A stretch of DNA of 63,557 nucleotides, the filler included. It is 5 parts of 5 records of this genome, joined end to end, with 100 filler letters (N's around TTAATTAATTAA, not from the genome) between each part and the next. Parts side by side here need not be neighbours in the genome. Positions count along the whole stretch, not along the records: positions 1 to 11,972 come from DRR723986_8151; 4 more parts are not named here. One strand, written 5' to 3'. Each line of letters begins with the position of its first letter. Position 1 is the first letter of the stretch. The notes beneath the pieces are model-generated. The model saw only the letters and a program-made list of their open reading frames with translations, was not told where the DNA came from and searched no databases. Shown here one piece after another: positions 1 through 10,467 of this stretch. Position numbers and translations under genes: made by a program.

Positions 1-171
1 GAGACCTTCATCGACAATGTCAGCCGCCGCAGCTTCGACAACTTCGCGGAGTTCGACACGCTTTATGGCGATGTGCCCGAGATGGAGGAACTGGATTATC
101 CCCGCGCGATGAGCGCACGACAGGTGCCCGCGTCAATCCGCACAAAGCTGTCAGGCGATCTGGTTGCCTGA
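1..171 (+). CDS. 3' end of an unidentified protein (partial, ...DYPRAMSARQVPASIRTKLSGDLVA*)
   Basis: Open frame from base 1 to TGA at 169-171 with GC3-rich codons; followed by a terminator hairpin. Confidence 0.6.
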   Translation, partial: ETFIDNVSRRSFDNFAEFDTLYGDVPEMEELDYPRAMSARQVPASIRTKLSGDLVA

Positions 172-187
172 CCCTTCCTGACTGTCA

Positions 188-218
188 GAAAGCCCCCGCA
201 CCATGGTCGGGGGCTTTC
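188..218. terminator. Likely bidirectional intrinsic terminator
   Basis: GAAAGCCCCCG-loop-CGGGGGCTTTC inverted repeat between convergent genes. Confidence 0.7.
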
Positions 219-222
219 CTGC

Positions 223-699
223 TCAATCAGCAGGCGCTCCGCCGCTTTCAGCCTTCTTTTCCCATTTACCGCCCTCTTCCGACCAATACTGCGCAGCGCA
301 GCCCGCGCCGGTCAGCGCCTTCCATTGTGTGCGCGCATGGGCGACCGCTTCGTAATTGCCGCCATCGAAGAGGATGCATACCCGATCGAGCCTGTTCACC
401 TCCTCGGCGCTGATCTCGGCCCCTTCGACGCCGATCAGACAGGCGGCGCTGTTGGGAATATCCGCACCGGTGCTCAGCAAAACCGGCTGATCCGTGTCAT
501 GCGGCCCTCCTGCGCGGCCATGGGGCAAGAAACTCTCATCCGGGCGCAGCCACAGGAGTTCGTCTAGACGGTCGAGAAATGCATCGGTGCGGCCCCGCAC
601 CACCACTCGCCAGCCAGCCTGAAGCGACTTGGCCGCAAGGGTCTGCAAGGTCGCCTCGGCACTGGACCGGGTCAGGTGGTAGAAATAGGCCGCACCCAT
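223..699 (-). CDS. holC: DNA polymerase III subunit chi
   Basis: FYHL N-terminus, LDELLW..SFLPHG motif, ARTQWK; directly downstream of pepA. Confidence 0.93.
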   Translation of the reverse strand: MGAAYFYHLTRSSAEATLQTLAAKSLQAGWRVVVRGRTDAFLDRLDELLWLRPDESFLPHGRAGGPHDTDQPVLLSTGADIPNSAACLIGVEGAEISAEEVNRLDRVCILFDGGNYEAVAHARTQWKALTGAGCAAQYWSEEGGKWEKKAESGGAPAD

Positions 700-705
700 G
701 GGAGA

Positions 706-2175
706 TTACTCCGCCTCGTAGCCATCGCGGATCATCCGGTCGAGCGCCATGACACCCCAGCCAGTCGCGCCCTTTGGGGACAACGCGGTGTCGGCCTTGA
801 CGCTGGCCACGCCTGCGATGTCGAGGTGAATCCAAGGGGTGCCGTCCTTGACGAAGCGTTGCAGGAACTGCGCGGCAGTGATCGAGCCCGCGGGTCGTCC
901 GCCAACGTTCTTCATGTCGGCAATATGCGATTTCAGCATCTTGTCATAGGCCGCCCCAAGGGGCATCCGCCATGCGCCTTCGCCCTCGGCTGCGGCGGCC
1001 TTGAGGAAGCCGTTGCAGAACCCGTCATCGTTGGAAAAGACCCCGGCATTCTCGTGCCCAAGTCCAATGATGATCGCGCCGGTCAGCGTTGCCAGATCCA
1101 CCATGCCAGAGGGCTGGAACCTCCCCTGCGCGTACCACATGACGTCACACAGCACGAGCCGCCCCTCGGCATCGGTATTGATCACCTCGATCGTGTCGCC
1201 CTTCATCGACCGCACGACATCTCCGGGGCGCTGCGCGCGCCCGTCGGGCATGTTTTCCACCAGCCCGACAATGCCCACCACATTGGCCTTGGCCCTGCGC
1301 AGAGCAATCGTGCGCATGACGCCGGACACGACGCCCGCACCGCCCATATCCATGGTCATCTCTTCCATGCCAGCCGCCGGCTTCAGGCTGACACCGCCGG
1401 TGTCGAACACCACGCCCTTGCCGATCAGCGCCAGCGGGGCCTCGTCTCCGCCGCCCTTCCATTGCATCACCACAACCTTTGAGGGGGTTTCAGACCCCTG
1501 CCCCACAGCCAGCAGCGCCCGCATCCCGAGCACTTCCAGCTCTGCCTCGTCGAGGATTTCCACCTCAAGCCCGAGATCGGCCATCGCGGCAAGGCGCGCA
1601 GCGAAGTCTTCGGTGGTCAGCACGTTGGACGGCTCGCTCACCAGATCGCGGGTGAAGAAGACACCTTCGGCCACGGCGGTCATGGGCGCAGCCTCGGCAG
1701 AGACCTCCTCGGGCTTGTTGACGTGCAGGACAGCCGCCTCGCCCAGGGGATTGTCGCCGGTCTTGTGATCGGTGAATTCATAGGCCCGCATGGCCAGCCC
1801 GAAGGACAGGTCCGCCGCCCGATGGTAGGCCCCTGCCGCAACGGTCAACGCGGCCTTGCCCTTGGCTTTCGCAAGCTCTGCCCCCGCGCGGCGCGCGTCC
1901 TCGACGCTGCTGCGACGTGGCAGTTTGACAACCAGCAAGGCTTCTGCCGCCAGCCCGGCCGGAAAGTTCAGGGAAACACAGTCGCCGACCGTCGCCCTGT
2001 CCCAGGAATCAGAGCCTGCCAGGCGCACCAGCGCGCCCTTTGTCAGACGGTTGACCCGGCGGGCCGACGGGTCAAGCTTGCCGTCGGGCGTCATGATCAC
2101 CGCCAGTTTGCCTTCGGCGCCTGCCAGCGCATCAAGGTCGGTTTCAACGAAGGAAATGGCAATCGGCGTGGTCAT
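706..2175 (-). CDS. pepA: Leucyl aminopeptidase (M17)
   Basis: GKGVVFDTGG, DMGGA, NTDAEGRL, DLATLTGA, WIHLDIAG motifs. Confidence 0.97.
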   Translation of the reverse strand: MTTPIAISFVETDLDALAGAEGKLAVIMTPDGKLDPSARRVNRLTKGALVRLAGSDSWDRATVGDCVSLNFPAGLAAEALLVVKLPRRSSVEDARRAGAELAKAKGKAALTVAAGAYHRAADLSFGLAMRAYEFTDHKTGDNPLGEAAVLHVNKPEEVSAEAAPMTAVAEGVFFTRDLVSEPSNVLTTEDFAARLAAMADLGLEVEILDEAELEVLGMRALLAVGQGSETPSKVVVMQWKGGGDEAPLALIGKGVVFDTGGVSLKPAAGMEEMTMDMGGAGVVSGVMRTIALRRAKANVVGIVGLVENMPDGRAQRPGDVVRSMKGDTIEVINTDAEGRLVLCDVMWYAQGRFQPSGMVDLATLTGAIIIGLGHENAGVFSNDDGFCNGFLKAAAAEGEGAWRMPLGAAYDKMLKSHIADMKNVGGRPAGSITAAQFLQRFVKDGTPWIHLDIAGVASVKADTALSPKGATGWGVMALDRMIRDGYEAE

Positions 2176-2317
2176 GTGGGAACCTCTGGTATTGGTTGTT
2201 GTGGCAACACTAGAACTAGTAGGCAGGCTTGACCAGATATGCCTGTCCTTGTGGCTGTGATTGGATTAAGACCTTAATCACTGGGGTTGTTAAGAGCTTG
2301 ATTTCGGGGGGCATAAC

Positions 2318-3442
2318 TTGGGACGCTATGACCGGTATATCCTGTCACAGCTTCTGGCGCTGTTCAGCTTCTTCAGCCTGGTGCTGGTGTCTGTCTACTG
2401 GGTCAACAGCGCCGTGGGCCTGTTTGATCGCTTGATCGGCGATGGCCAGTCCTTGCGGGTTTTTCTAGAGTTTTCCGCACTTTCGCTACCACAGATCATC
2501 TTCCTCGTGCTGCCGGTCTCGGCCTTCGTGGCAGCGGTCTATGTCACCAACCGGATGGTTTCGGAAAGCGAGCTTGTGGTGCTTCAGACCGCCGGCTGTT
2601 CGGCTCTGCGGCTTTTGCGGCCAGTCTGGGTGTTTGGAATCGTTACGGCAATGCTGCTGGCGATTCTGGCGCATTTCCTGGTGCCCGCAGCCCGTAGCCA
2701 GATCATGAACCGATCCATTGAGGTCTCGCAGGACATGACCGGCAGATTGCTGCGCGAAGGGCAGTTCCTGCACCCGACGGACGGGCTGACCGTCTATATC
2801 CGCCAGATCACCGAACTGGGCGAATTCCGCGATGTCTTCCTGCAAGACCGGTCGCAGCCCGATGTCGAAACGACCTATACCGCGCGGCGCGCGCTTCTGA
2901 TCTCGTCGGATGCAGGCCCAAGGCTGGTGATGTTCGAAGGCGTGGCTCAGACCTTGCAGGCCGAAGGTCAGCGTCTGTCGATCATCGAATTCGACGACTT
3001 CACCTATGATATTGCCGGGCTGATCGAGGCTCCGGGCGCCCGCACCCGCCACATCCGCGAGCTGTCGACGGCCGTCCTGCTGTTTGCACCACGCGCTTTT
3101 GCCGAAGCGCAGGGATCGACCCTGGCTGCGTTCCGCTTCGCCGGGCATGACCGTATCGCGCGGCCCTTCTTTGCCCTTTTCGTGCCAGTCATCGCCGCCG
3201 CCACCCTGATGCTGGGGGCGTTTTCCCGGTTTGGCATCTGGCCTCAGATCCTGTTGGCGATCGCGCTGATCATCCCCCTTCAGATGGTCTGGAACGCCGC
3301 CGAAAGCGTTGGCGCCCGGCAGGACGGAATGGCGTGGCTGGCCTATCTGCAACCGGCGATGTCCGGCGCGATTGCGGCGCTTATGATCACGTTGTCCCTG
3401 CGGGGGCATAAACGTCCGCGCCGTCAGGAGGCCGCGGCGTGA
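2318..3442 (+). CDS. lptF: LPS export ABC transporter permease LptF
   Basis: YDRYI start, SELVV motif, 3+3 TM layout; divergent from pepA and followed by lptG-lptD; TTG start. Confidence 0.92.
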   Translation: MGRYDRYILSQLLALFSFFSLVLVSVYWVNSAVGLFDRLIGDGQSLRVFLEFSALSLPQIIFLVLPVSAFVAAVYVTNRMVSESELVVLQTAGCSALRLLRPVWVFGIVTAMLLAILAHFLVPAARSQIMNRSIEVSQDMTGRLLREGQFLHPTDGLTVYIRQITELGEFRDVFLQDRSQPDVETTYTARRALLISSDAGPRLVMFEGVAQTLQAEGQRLSIIEFDDFTYDIAGLIEAPGARTRHIRELSTAVLLFAPRAFAEAQGSTLAAFRFAGHDRIARPFFALFVPVIAAATLMLGAFSRFGIWPQILLAIALIIPLQMVWNAAESVGARQDGMAWLAYLQPAMSGAIAALMITLSLRGHKRPRRQEAAA

Positions 3443-4533
3443 TCCTGCATCTCTATATCGCGCGCAGGTTCCTGCGGTCTTTCCTGATTGTGCTCGGGGT
3501 CTTCGTGGCGATCCTTATGCCTATTGATCTTGCAGAACAATTACGCGCCATCGGGCAAAGCGATGCGGGCCTGGGGGCGGCCTTCAACCTTGCGCTTCTG
3601 AACCTGCCTGGTTCTCTTTACAGGATGCTGCCTCTGTTCGTCATCCTGGCGACGCTGGTGCTGTTTCTGACGCTGGCGCGCACGTCGGAACTGGTTGTGA
3701 TCCGTGCCTCGGGGCGCTCGGCGCTGCGGTCCGCCATGTCTCCGGTGATTGTGGCACTCTTGATCGGCATCCTCGGGCTGCTGGTCATCAACCCGCTGGT
3801 AGCGGCGACCGAACGGCAGTTCGAAATCCTGATGTCGCGCTATCAGACCGGCGAAAACCGGACGCTTTCAGTTTCAGGCGAAGGCCTTTGGCTGCGGCAG
3901 GGCAGCCAGTTCGGCCAGACCGTGATCCGTGCAGCCCGCGCAAATTCCGATGGCACATCGCTTTTCGAGGCCAGTTTCTTCGTGTTCGATCCCGAAGGGC
4001 AGGCCCAAAGCCGGATCGACGCCGAGGCTGCCGTGCTGACCGATGGCGCCTGGACGCTGACCGGTGTCAAGCTGTGGCCCCTTGGACGGGCGAACCCCGA
4101 GGCCGAGGCCAGCCTGCATGAAACCTTCATTCTGCCCTCGACCCTGACCCGCGACCAGATTCGTGACAGTTTCGGGCGCCCCTCTACCGTTCCGATCTAT
4201 GAATTGCCCGGCTTTATCGCCCAGTTGCGCGCGGCGGGATTTGCCGCTCTGCAACACCGGGTCTGGTTCATGACCGAGCTGGCCAATCCGTTGCTGCTTG
4301 CGGCGATGGTTCTCATTGGTGCAAGCTTTACCATGAGGCATACCCGTTTCGGGAAAACCGGGGTGATGGTTTTGTTTGCGCTGCTATTGGGATTCGGCAT
4401 GTTCTTTCTGCGCAATTTTGCGCAAGTCCTGGGCGAATCCGGCCAGTTGCCGGTTTCTGTCGCTGCATGGACTCCGCCGATTGCCGCGATCCTGCTGTCG
4501 CTTGGCTTCCTTCTGCATACGGAGGACGGATGA
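3439..4533 (+). CDS. lptG: LPS export ABC transporter permease LptG
   Basis: LHLYIARRF, SELVVIRASGRS, LWLRQG motifs; overlaps lptF stop. Confidence 0.92.
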   Translation: MILHLYIARRFLRSFLIVLGVFVAILMPIDLAEQLRAIGQSDAGLGAAFNLALLNLPGSLYRMLPLFVILATLVLFLTLARTSELVVIRASGRSALRSAMSPVIVALLIGILGLLVINPLVAATERQFEILMSRYQTGENRTLSVSGEGLWLRQGSQFGQTVIRAARANSDGTSLFEASFFVFDPEGQAQSRIDAEAAVLTDGAWTLTGVKLWPLGRANPEAEASLHETFILPSTLTRDQIRDSFGRPSTVPIYELPGFIAQLRAAGFAALQHRVWFMTELANPLLLAAMVLIGASFTMRHTRFGKTGVMVLFALLLGFGMFFLRNFAQVLGESGQLPVSVAAWTPPIAAILLSLGFLLHTEDG

Positions 4534-6659
4534 TGCGGTTGGCTGCGCTTGTCCTGTCCATCGTCCTGCTGGCAGCCCCGCTGGCGGCGCAAACGCGCGA
4601 TTTGCCTGCGACTCTGATCGCCGACAACATCCGCTTTTCCCGCGCCACAACCACCGTGACCGCCAATGGCAACGTCGAGATTTTCTATGATGGGGCTCGG
4701 TTGCGGGCCGGAAGCATTATTTATGACGGCAGCAGCGACCGCGTGATCGTCGAAGGCCCGATCACCCTGACCGAGGATAGCGGCCGCAGCATCGTGTTCG
4801 CAGATTTCGCGGAACTTTCTGCCGATCTGCAAAACGGCGTGCTGCAATCCGCGCGTCTGGTGCTGGACCGCCAGTTGCAGATTGCCGCGACCCAGATCAA
4901 CCGTGTCGACGGGCGATATACGCAGATGTATCAGACCGTTGCCTCCTCTTGCGAAGTCTGTGCCGCCAACCCGGTGCCGCTTTGGCAGATCCGGGCGCGG
5001 CGCATCGTGCATGATCAGCAGGAACGACAGCTTTACTTCGAAGACGCCCAGTTCCGGGCGCTTGGCTTGCCGATTGCCTGGTTCCCCCGATTGCGCCTTC
5101 CCGATCCGACGCTGGAACGGGCGACCGGTTTCCTGACGCCGACGGTTCGGGCCTCGAACCAGTTGGGCACCGGAATTCGCCTGCCCTATTTCATCGAAAT
5201 GGGCGATCATTCGGATCTGACCGTAACGCCCTATATCACCGCCGGCGACAGCCAGACGCTGGAGGCGCGGTTCCGCCGGGCCTTCCAGAACGGATTTGTC
5301 GAGATGAACGGGGCCATCAGTTGGGACGAACTGACGACGGACTCTTCCCGCTCGTATGTCTTTGCCGAGGGCTGGTTCAACCTGCCGCGCGATTTCCGGC
5401 TGGAGTTCACCTATGAAACCGTGTCCGACCCCGACTATCTGCTGACCTATGGCTATAGCGAAGAGGACAGTCTGGATTCCGGTATTTCCATCAGCCGGGC
5501 CGACCGCAACGAATATATCGAGTTTTCGGCAGATCGCTTCAGATCCCTGCGCGAGGGAGACAACAATTTCACCCTTCCGACGCTGATGACCGATGCCGAA
5601 GTGACCGAGCGCTTCAGCCCCTCCTGGCTTGGCGGCATTGCAACGGTCGGCATGTCCACCCACAGCCATGCCCGCCGGTCCAGCGTTGACATAGACGGGC
5701 GCGACGTGGCGCGGCTGAGTTTTGACGCCAATTGGCGGCGCGACTGGATTCTGCCGACCGGGATTCTGGCGGCGGTCGAGGCGCAATGGCAGGGCGATGT
5801 CTACAACATCAGCCAGGATTCCACCTATGAAGACACGATCACCCGCACCACCCCCTATCTGGCGGCAGAGCTGCGCTGGCCGCTTGCTCGGGCCGGATCA
5901 GACGGGGTGACGCATCTGCTGGAGCCGGTCCTGCAATATGTCTGGGCGCCGGAAACGCAGCCTGCCCTGCCGAACGAGGACGGCGCGGTTGTGGAATTCG
6001 ACGAAGGCAACCTCTTCTCGCTCAACCGGTTTCCCGGCGCGGACGGGCAGGAACTTGGCCCGCGTCTGGCCTACGGGTTGTCCTATACGCGGGACGATCC
6101 GCTTGGCTGGTCGCTTGGGGTGACAATCGGGCAGGTCATTCGAGACCGCGATTATGCGCAGTTCACCCAAGGCTCGGGGCTGGACGGAACCCAATCCGAT
6201 TTCATGTTGTCGGCCAGTCTTGGGATCGGCAATTCGCTGACCCTGATGAACCGGGCCCTGTTCAGTGAGTCCTTCAACATCAGCTCGAACGAGTTCGCCC
6301 TGATGTGGGAGCAAGATCAGTTCGATCTCGCCTCTTCGATCACCTGGCTGGAAGCCGACCCCGCAGAAGGTCGCCCGCAGGACATGGCCGAATGGGCCTT
6401 TGATGCCAGTTATGACTTTGAAAATGCCTGGGCGGCGGCCGTCGACTGGCGTTACGATTTCGAAGCGAATGAACCCACACGGGCGGGCCTCAGCCTGACC
6501 TATGCCACCGAGTGCGTGGACGTCGAGTTTTCCCTCTCGCGTCGCTTCACGACCTCGGCTACCTTGCCATCAGCCACCGATATCGGGCTGACTGTGGCGC
6601 TGAACGGCTTCGGCGCGTCCCGCGACGGGCGCAGCTATGATCGAAGCTGCCACAGATGA
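4530..6659 (+). CDS. lptD: LPS assembly outer membrane protein LptD
   Basis: Signal peptide from ATG 4530, SSCEVC..PLWQI, LPDPT..RATGFL, C-terminal barrel; operon context. Confidence 0.93.
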   Translation: MMRLAALVLSIVLLAAPLAAQTRDLPATLIADNIRFSRATTTVTANGNVEIFYDGARLRAGSIIYDGSSDRVIVEGPITLTEDSGRSIVFADFAELSADLQNGVLQSARLVLDRQLQIAATQINRVDGRYTQMYQTVASSCEVCAANPVPLWQIRARRIVHDQQERQLYFEDAQFRALGLPIAWFPRLRLPDPTLERATGFLTPTVRASNQLGTGIRLPYFIEMGDHSDLTVTPYITAGDSQTLEARFRRAFQNGFVEMNGAISWDELTTDSSRSYVFAEGWFNLPRDFRLEFTYETVSDPDYLLTYGYSEEDSLDSGISISRADRNEYIEFSADRFRSLREGDNNFTLPTLMTDAEVTERFSPSWLGGIATVGMSTHSHARRSSVDIDGRDVARLSFDANWRRDWILPTGILAAVEAQWQGDVYNISQDSTYEDTITRTTPYLAAELRWPLARAGSDGVTHLLEPVLQYVWAPETQPALPNEDGAVVEFDEGNLFSLNRFPGADGQELGPRLAYGLSYTRDDPLGWSLGVTIGQVIRDRDYAQFTQGSGLDGTQSDFMLSASLGIGNSLTLMNRALFSESFNISSNEFALMWEQDQFDLASSITWLEADPAEGRPQDMAEWAFDASYDFENAWAAAVDWRYDFEANEPTRAGLSLTYATECVDVEFSLSRRFTTSATLPSATDIGLTVALNGFGASRDGRSYDRSCHR

Positions 6660-7933
6660 CCGGAACGCCGGACGAAAGAATGACGGATATGACCATGACG
6701 ACCCGAGCAGACAGACCCCGCAACTCAGGCCTCCTGAAAGCCCTGGCCGCCGTTCTGGCCATGTCGCTGACCGGCCTGACGCCTGCCCATGCGCAAAGCC
6801 CCTTTTCGGCGGCTGTCACCGTGAACGACCGGATCGTCACCAACTACGAAATCGCGCAGCGTGCCCGTTTTCTGGAGGTGCTGAATGCGCCGGGTGATCT
6901 GCTCGAACAGGCGCGCGAGTCGCTGATCGACGAACGGCTGCAACGCGAAGTGGGCGAAAACTTCGGTCTTCTGGCCGGCCCCGATGAGGTGGAAGAGGGC
7001 ATGTCCGAATTCGCGGGCCGCGCCAATATGAACACCGAGGCATTCCTTGGGGCCCTTCAAAACGAGGGGATCGCACCCGAAACCTTCCGCGACTTCGTCG
7101 CCGCGGGGATCACCTGGCGCAATATCGTGCGCGCCCGGTTTGGGCCCCGTGCGCAGGTGACGGAAGATGAAATCGACCGCGCCCTGACCTTGTCCGCATC
7201 CGATGGCGGCGCGCAGATCAATATCGCCGAGCTGGTGGTTCCGATCACGCCGGAAAACGCCGATCAGATCCGCACCGACATCGCGCGGCTGGCGCAGGAA
7301 CTGGACGGTTCGATCGGGGCGTTCTCGGAAGCAGCGCGCGCCTATTCTGCTGCGGCGACCGGCCGACAGGGTGGCGGGCTTGGCTGGCGTCCGCTGTCAG
7401 CGATTCCACCGCAGTTGCGCGCGCTTTTGCTACCGATGAATGTCGGCGATGTGACCGATCCGGTGCCGCTTGGACCCGCGATCGCGATCTTCCAGCTGCG
7501 CGGCCTCGACGAAACCGGCTTTGTCTCGCCCGAGGTGACGGCGGTCGAATATGCCGAGGTGCTGATCCCCGGCGGCCAAAGCTCCGAGGCGTTGGCCGAG
7601 GCGCAAGACCTGCGCGACACGCTCGACACCTGTGACGATCTCTACGGCGTGCGCCCGGACGGCTTCGAACTGGTGTCGCTGCCGATTGACGACGTGCCCG
7701 GTGATGTGTCGCTGGAACTGGCCCGCCTTGACGCAAACGAAGTGTCCACCAACCTGACCCGTGCCAATGGCACGCAGCTTGTGTTCCTGATGCTGTGCGG
7801 CAGGTCAACGGAATTGCCCGAAGGCGGGCGCGATGAGGTTCGTCAGGCCCTGTTCCAGCAGCGGCTGGAAAGCTATGCGCAGGGCTATCTTGCTGAACTG
7901 CGCGCAGACGCGATCATCGACGAAAACCCATGA
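6656..7933 (+). CDS. surA: SurA-like periplasmic chaperone/PPIase (start may be a few codons downstream)
   Basis: VNDRIVTNYEI, LIDERL, GGGLGW rotamase motif, YLAELRADAII; lptD-surA-pdxA-rsmA synteny. Confidence 0.88.
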   Translation: MTGTPDERMTDMTMTTRADRPRNSGLLKALAAVLAMSLTGLTPAHAQSPFSAAVTVNDRIVTNYEIAQRARFLEVLNAPGDLLEQARESLIDERLQREVGENFGLLAGPDEVEEGMSEFAGRANMNTEAFLGALQNEGIAPETFRDFVAAGITWRNIVRARFGPRAQVTEDEIDRALTLSASDGGAQINIAELVVPITPENADQIRTDIARLAQELDGSIGAFSEAARAYSAAATGRQGGGLGWRPLSAIPPQLRALLLPMNVGDVTDPVPLGPAIAIFQLRGLDETGFVSPEVTAVEYAEVLIPGGQSSEALAEAQDLRDTLDTCDDLYGVRPDGFELVSLPIDDVPGDVSLELARLDANEVSTNLTRANGTQLVFLMLCGRSTELPEGGRDEVRQALFQQRLESYAQGYLAELRADAIIDENP

Positions 7934-8922
7934 CCGCAACGCCGCTGCCCCCCGTTGCAGTCAGCTGCGGGGAGCCTTCCGGGATCGGCCCGGAAATCAT
8001 CGTCAAGGCCCGGGGGATGCTTGCGGGCAAGCTGCCCTTCTTTGCGATTGGCGACCCTCGTCATTTTGCCGCGTTTGGGCCTGTTCACCTGATATCGACC
8101 CCCGAAGAAGTTGCAGCCGTGGCATCTGATGTCCTGCCGCTGCTGGTTCAGCCCTTCGCGGGCGATGCCCGGCCCGGTCAGCCCGACCCCCGCAACGCAC
8201 AAGGCGTGATCGACGTAATCGCGCGCGGCGTGTCGCTGGTGCGCGCGGGCGCGGCCTCGGCCCTCTGTACCGCGCCCATACACAAGAAGGCGCTGAAGGA
8301 CGGGGCAGGATTTGCCTTTCCGGGCCATACGGAGTTTCTGGCCCATCTGGCCGGTGTGGATCGGGTTGTGATGATGCTGGCCTGCGATGCCCTGCGCGTG
8401 GTGCCGGTGACGATACATATCCCGTTGGCGGAAGTGCCCGAGGCGCTGACACCCGAATTGCTGACCGAGACGATCCGCATCACCCATTCCGCGCTGATCC
8501 GGGATGCCGGGCTGGAGACCCCCAGATTGGCGGTCGCCGGCCTGAACCCCCATGCGGGCGAAGGCGGGGCCATGGGCATTGAGGAGATGACGGTGATCAC
8601 CCCGGTGCTGGACATGCTGAGGGCCGAGGGGATGCAGATAGCCGGCCCGCTGTCTGCGGATACGATGTTCCATCCGGGTGCGCGGGCCAGATATGATGCG
8701 GCGATTGCGATGTATCACGATCAGGCGCTTATCCCGATCAAGACGCTGGATTTTTCGGGCGGGGTCAATGTGACGCTTGGGCTGCCCTTTATCCGCACCT
8801 CGCCCGATCACGGCACCGCGTTTGATATTGCCGGTCAGGGTCTGGCGGATGCGGGCAGCATGGTTGCGGCCCTGCACATGGCGCATGACATGGCCCGGGC
8901 CCGAACGGGAGGCACGGGATGA
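7930..8922 (+). CDS. pdxA: 4-hydroxythreonine-4-phosphate dehydrogenase
   Basis: GEPSGIGPE, GHTEFLA, LNPHAGE, YHDQ, RTSPDHGTAFDIAG motifs. Confidence 0.97.
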   Translation: MTATPLPPVAVSCGEPSGIGPEIIVKARGMLAGKLPFFAIGDPRHFAAFGPVHLISTPEEVAAVASDVLPLLVQPFAGDARPGQPDPRNAQGVIDVIARGVSLVRAGAASALCTAPIHKKALKDGAGFAFPGHTEFLAHLAGVDRVVMMLACDALRVVPVTIHIPLAEVPEALTPELLTETIRITHSALIRDAGLETPRLAVAGLNPHAGEGGAMGIEEMTVITPVLDMLRAEGMQIAGPLSADTMFHPGARARYDAAIAMYHDQALIPIKTLDFSGGVNVTLGLPFIRTSPDHGTAFDIAGQGLADAGSMVAALHMAHDMARARTGGTG

Positions 8923-8933
8923 GAGGGCTTGCA

Positions 8934-8995
8934 GGGGGCGCTGCCCCCGTCGCTGCGCGACTCCCCCGAGGTATTTTTACCAAGCTGAAAGAGGG
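8934..8995. repeat. Short palindromic REP/MITE-like element in the pdxA-rsmA junction
   Basis: GGGGGCGCTGCCCCC hairpin, GTCGCTGCGCGAC hairpin, then CTCCCCCGAGGTATTTTTACCAAGCTGAAAG; resembles a Rhodobacteraceae dispersed repeat (from recall). Confidence 0.5.
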
Positions 8996-9027
8996 GCGCG
9001 CGCGCGTTAACCTTAATGAGGTGTTGC

Positions 9028-9870
9028 ATGGCAACGATTGACGGGCTGCCGCCACTGCGCGAGGTGATCGCAACGCATGGATTGAGTGCCCGCAAGGCGC
9101 TTGGGCAGAATTTCCTGCTGGATCTGAACCTCACAGCCAAGATCGCCCGCGCCGCCGGGGATCTGACCGGTTGCGATGTGCTGGAAGTCGGGCCCGGTCC
9201 CGGTGGCTTGACCCGCGGCCTGCTGGCCGAAGGCGCGCGGCGGGTGGTGGCGATCGAGAAGGACGCGCGATGCCTGCCTGCGCTGGCCGAGATTTCCGGC
9301 GCCTATCCCGGACGACTGGAGGTTCTGAACGAGGATGCGTTGCGGGTTGATTGGGCCGCGCATCTGACACCGCCGATCAAGGTGGTGGCGAACCTGCCCT
9401 ACAATGTGGGGACGGAACTGCTGGTGCGCTGGCTGACGCCGAAGGTCTGGCCGCCGCAATGGCAGAGCCTGACACTGATGTTCCAGCGCGAAGTGGCAGA
9501 GCGGATCGTGGCGCAGCCCGGCGGCAAGGCCTATGGGCGGCTGGCGGTCCTGGCGCAATGGCGATGCAGCGTCAAGATCGCGCTGACCCTGCCGCCAGAG
9601 GCGTTTACCCCTCCGCCGAAGGTGCGCTCGGCTGTTGTGCATCTGGACGCGTTGCGAGAGCCACGGTTTGCTGCTGATCAGAAAGTACTGGAACGTGTCG
9701 TCGCCGCCGGATTCAACCAGCGGCGCAAGATGCTGCGTGCGGCCCTGAAGGGGGTCGCCCCGGATATTGAGGATCGCATCCTTGCTGCGGGGCTGAAACC
9801 CACCGACCGGGCAGAGCAAGTCCCGATCGAGGGGTTCTGTGCGCTCGCCCGCCAGGTTGCGGCGGGCTGA
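9028..9870 (+). CDS. rsmA: 16S rRNA m6,2A1518/1519 dimethyltransferase (KsgA)
   Basis: [50 protein letters not shown] before ATG 9028. Confidence 0.96.
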   Translation: MATIDGLPPLREVIATHGLSARKALGQNFLLDLNLTAKIARAAGDLTGCDVLEVGPGPGGLTRGLLAEGARRVVAIEKDARCLPALAEISGAYPGRLEVLNEDALRVDWAAHLTPPIKVVANLPYNVGTELLVRWLTPKVWPPQWQSLTLMFQREVAERIVAQPGGKAYGRLAVLAQWRCSVKIALTLPPEAFTPPPKVRSAVVHLDALREPRFAADQKVLERVVAAGFNQRRKMLRAALKGVAPDIEDRILAAGLKPTDRAEQVPIEGFCALARQVAAG

Positions 9871-9873
9871 GGC

Positions 9874-10467
9874 TTATTCGGCGGCCTGCGGGCCTTCTTC
9901 CGGAGAACTGGGGGCGTCGCCCTGACCCTCGGACACGGTGTCCGCAGCTTTCTTGGGCGCGCGGCGGGTGCGGGCACGCTTGGGCTTGGGGGCGCTTTCC
10001 GGCGTTGTCACAAGGCCACTGTCGCCCGAAGCGGGAACGTCGATCACATCGCCAAAGGATTTCTGCTCGGGCTTGCTTTCGGGCCTTTCCGCTGTTTCGA
10101 CGGTCGAGGGCTGTTCCTGAGGCGTGGCCTCGTCCTCGCGCGACTGGCGGGCTTCGCGGGCCTGCTGTTGCTGCGCTTGCTGCGCTTCCTGCTCAGCCCG
10201 GCGGGCGTCCTGTTCGCGCTGCGCTTCCCCCAACATGCGGGCATAGTGCTCGGCATGTTGCTGGAAGTTTTCAGCGGCAACCCGGTCATTGGAAAGCTGC
10301 GCGTCCCGAGTCAGCTGATTGTATTTATCAATGATTTGCTGCGGCGTTCCGCGAACCTTCCCCTCGGGGCCGGAGCTGTCGAACACGCGGTTAACGATAT
10401 TGCCCATCGAGCGGTTGTTATTGCTGCGATTGCCTTTGGACCGCGAACGGTTTTTTTGTGATCTCAT
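9874..10467 (-). CDS. DUF4167 family protein
   Basis: FDSSGPEGKVRGTPQQIIDKY..AENFQQHAEHY motif with low-complexity tail; downstream of prmC. Confidence 0.9.
   Translation of the reverse strand: MRSQKNRSRSKGNRSNNNRSMGNIVNRVFDSSGPEGKVRGTPQQIIDKYNQLTRDAQLSNDRVAAENFQQHAEHYARMLGEAQREQDARRAEQEAQQAQQQQAREARQSREDEATPQEQPSTVETAERPESKPEQKSFGDVIDVPASGDSGLVTTPESAPKPKRARTRRAPKKAADTVSEGQGDAPSSPEEGPQAAE

Noticed and set aside
4197-5786. 529-aa antisense ORF, and similar long shadow ORFs such as 15526-16734, 17783-18910 and 28460-29485
   Set aside because: They lie opposite well-supported genes in GC-rich DNA and show no recognisable motifs.
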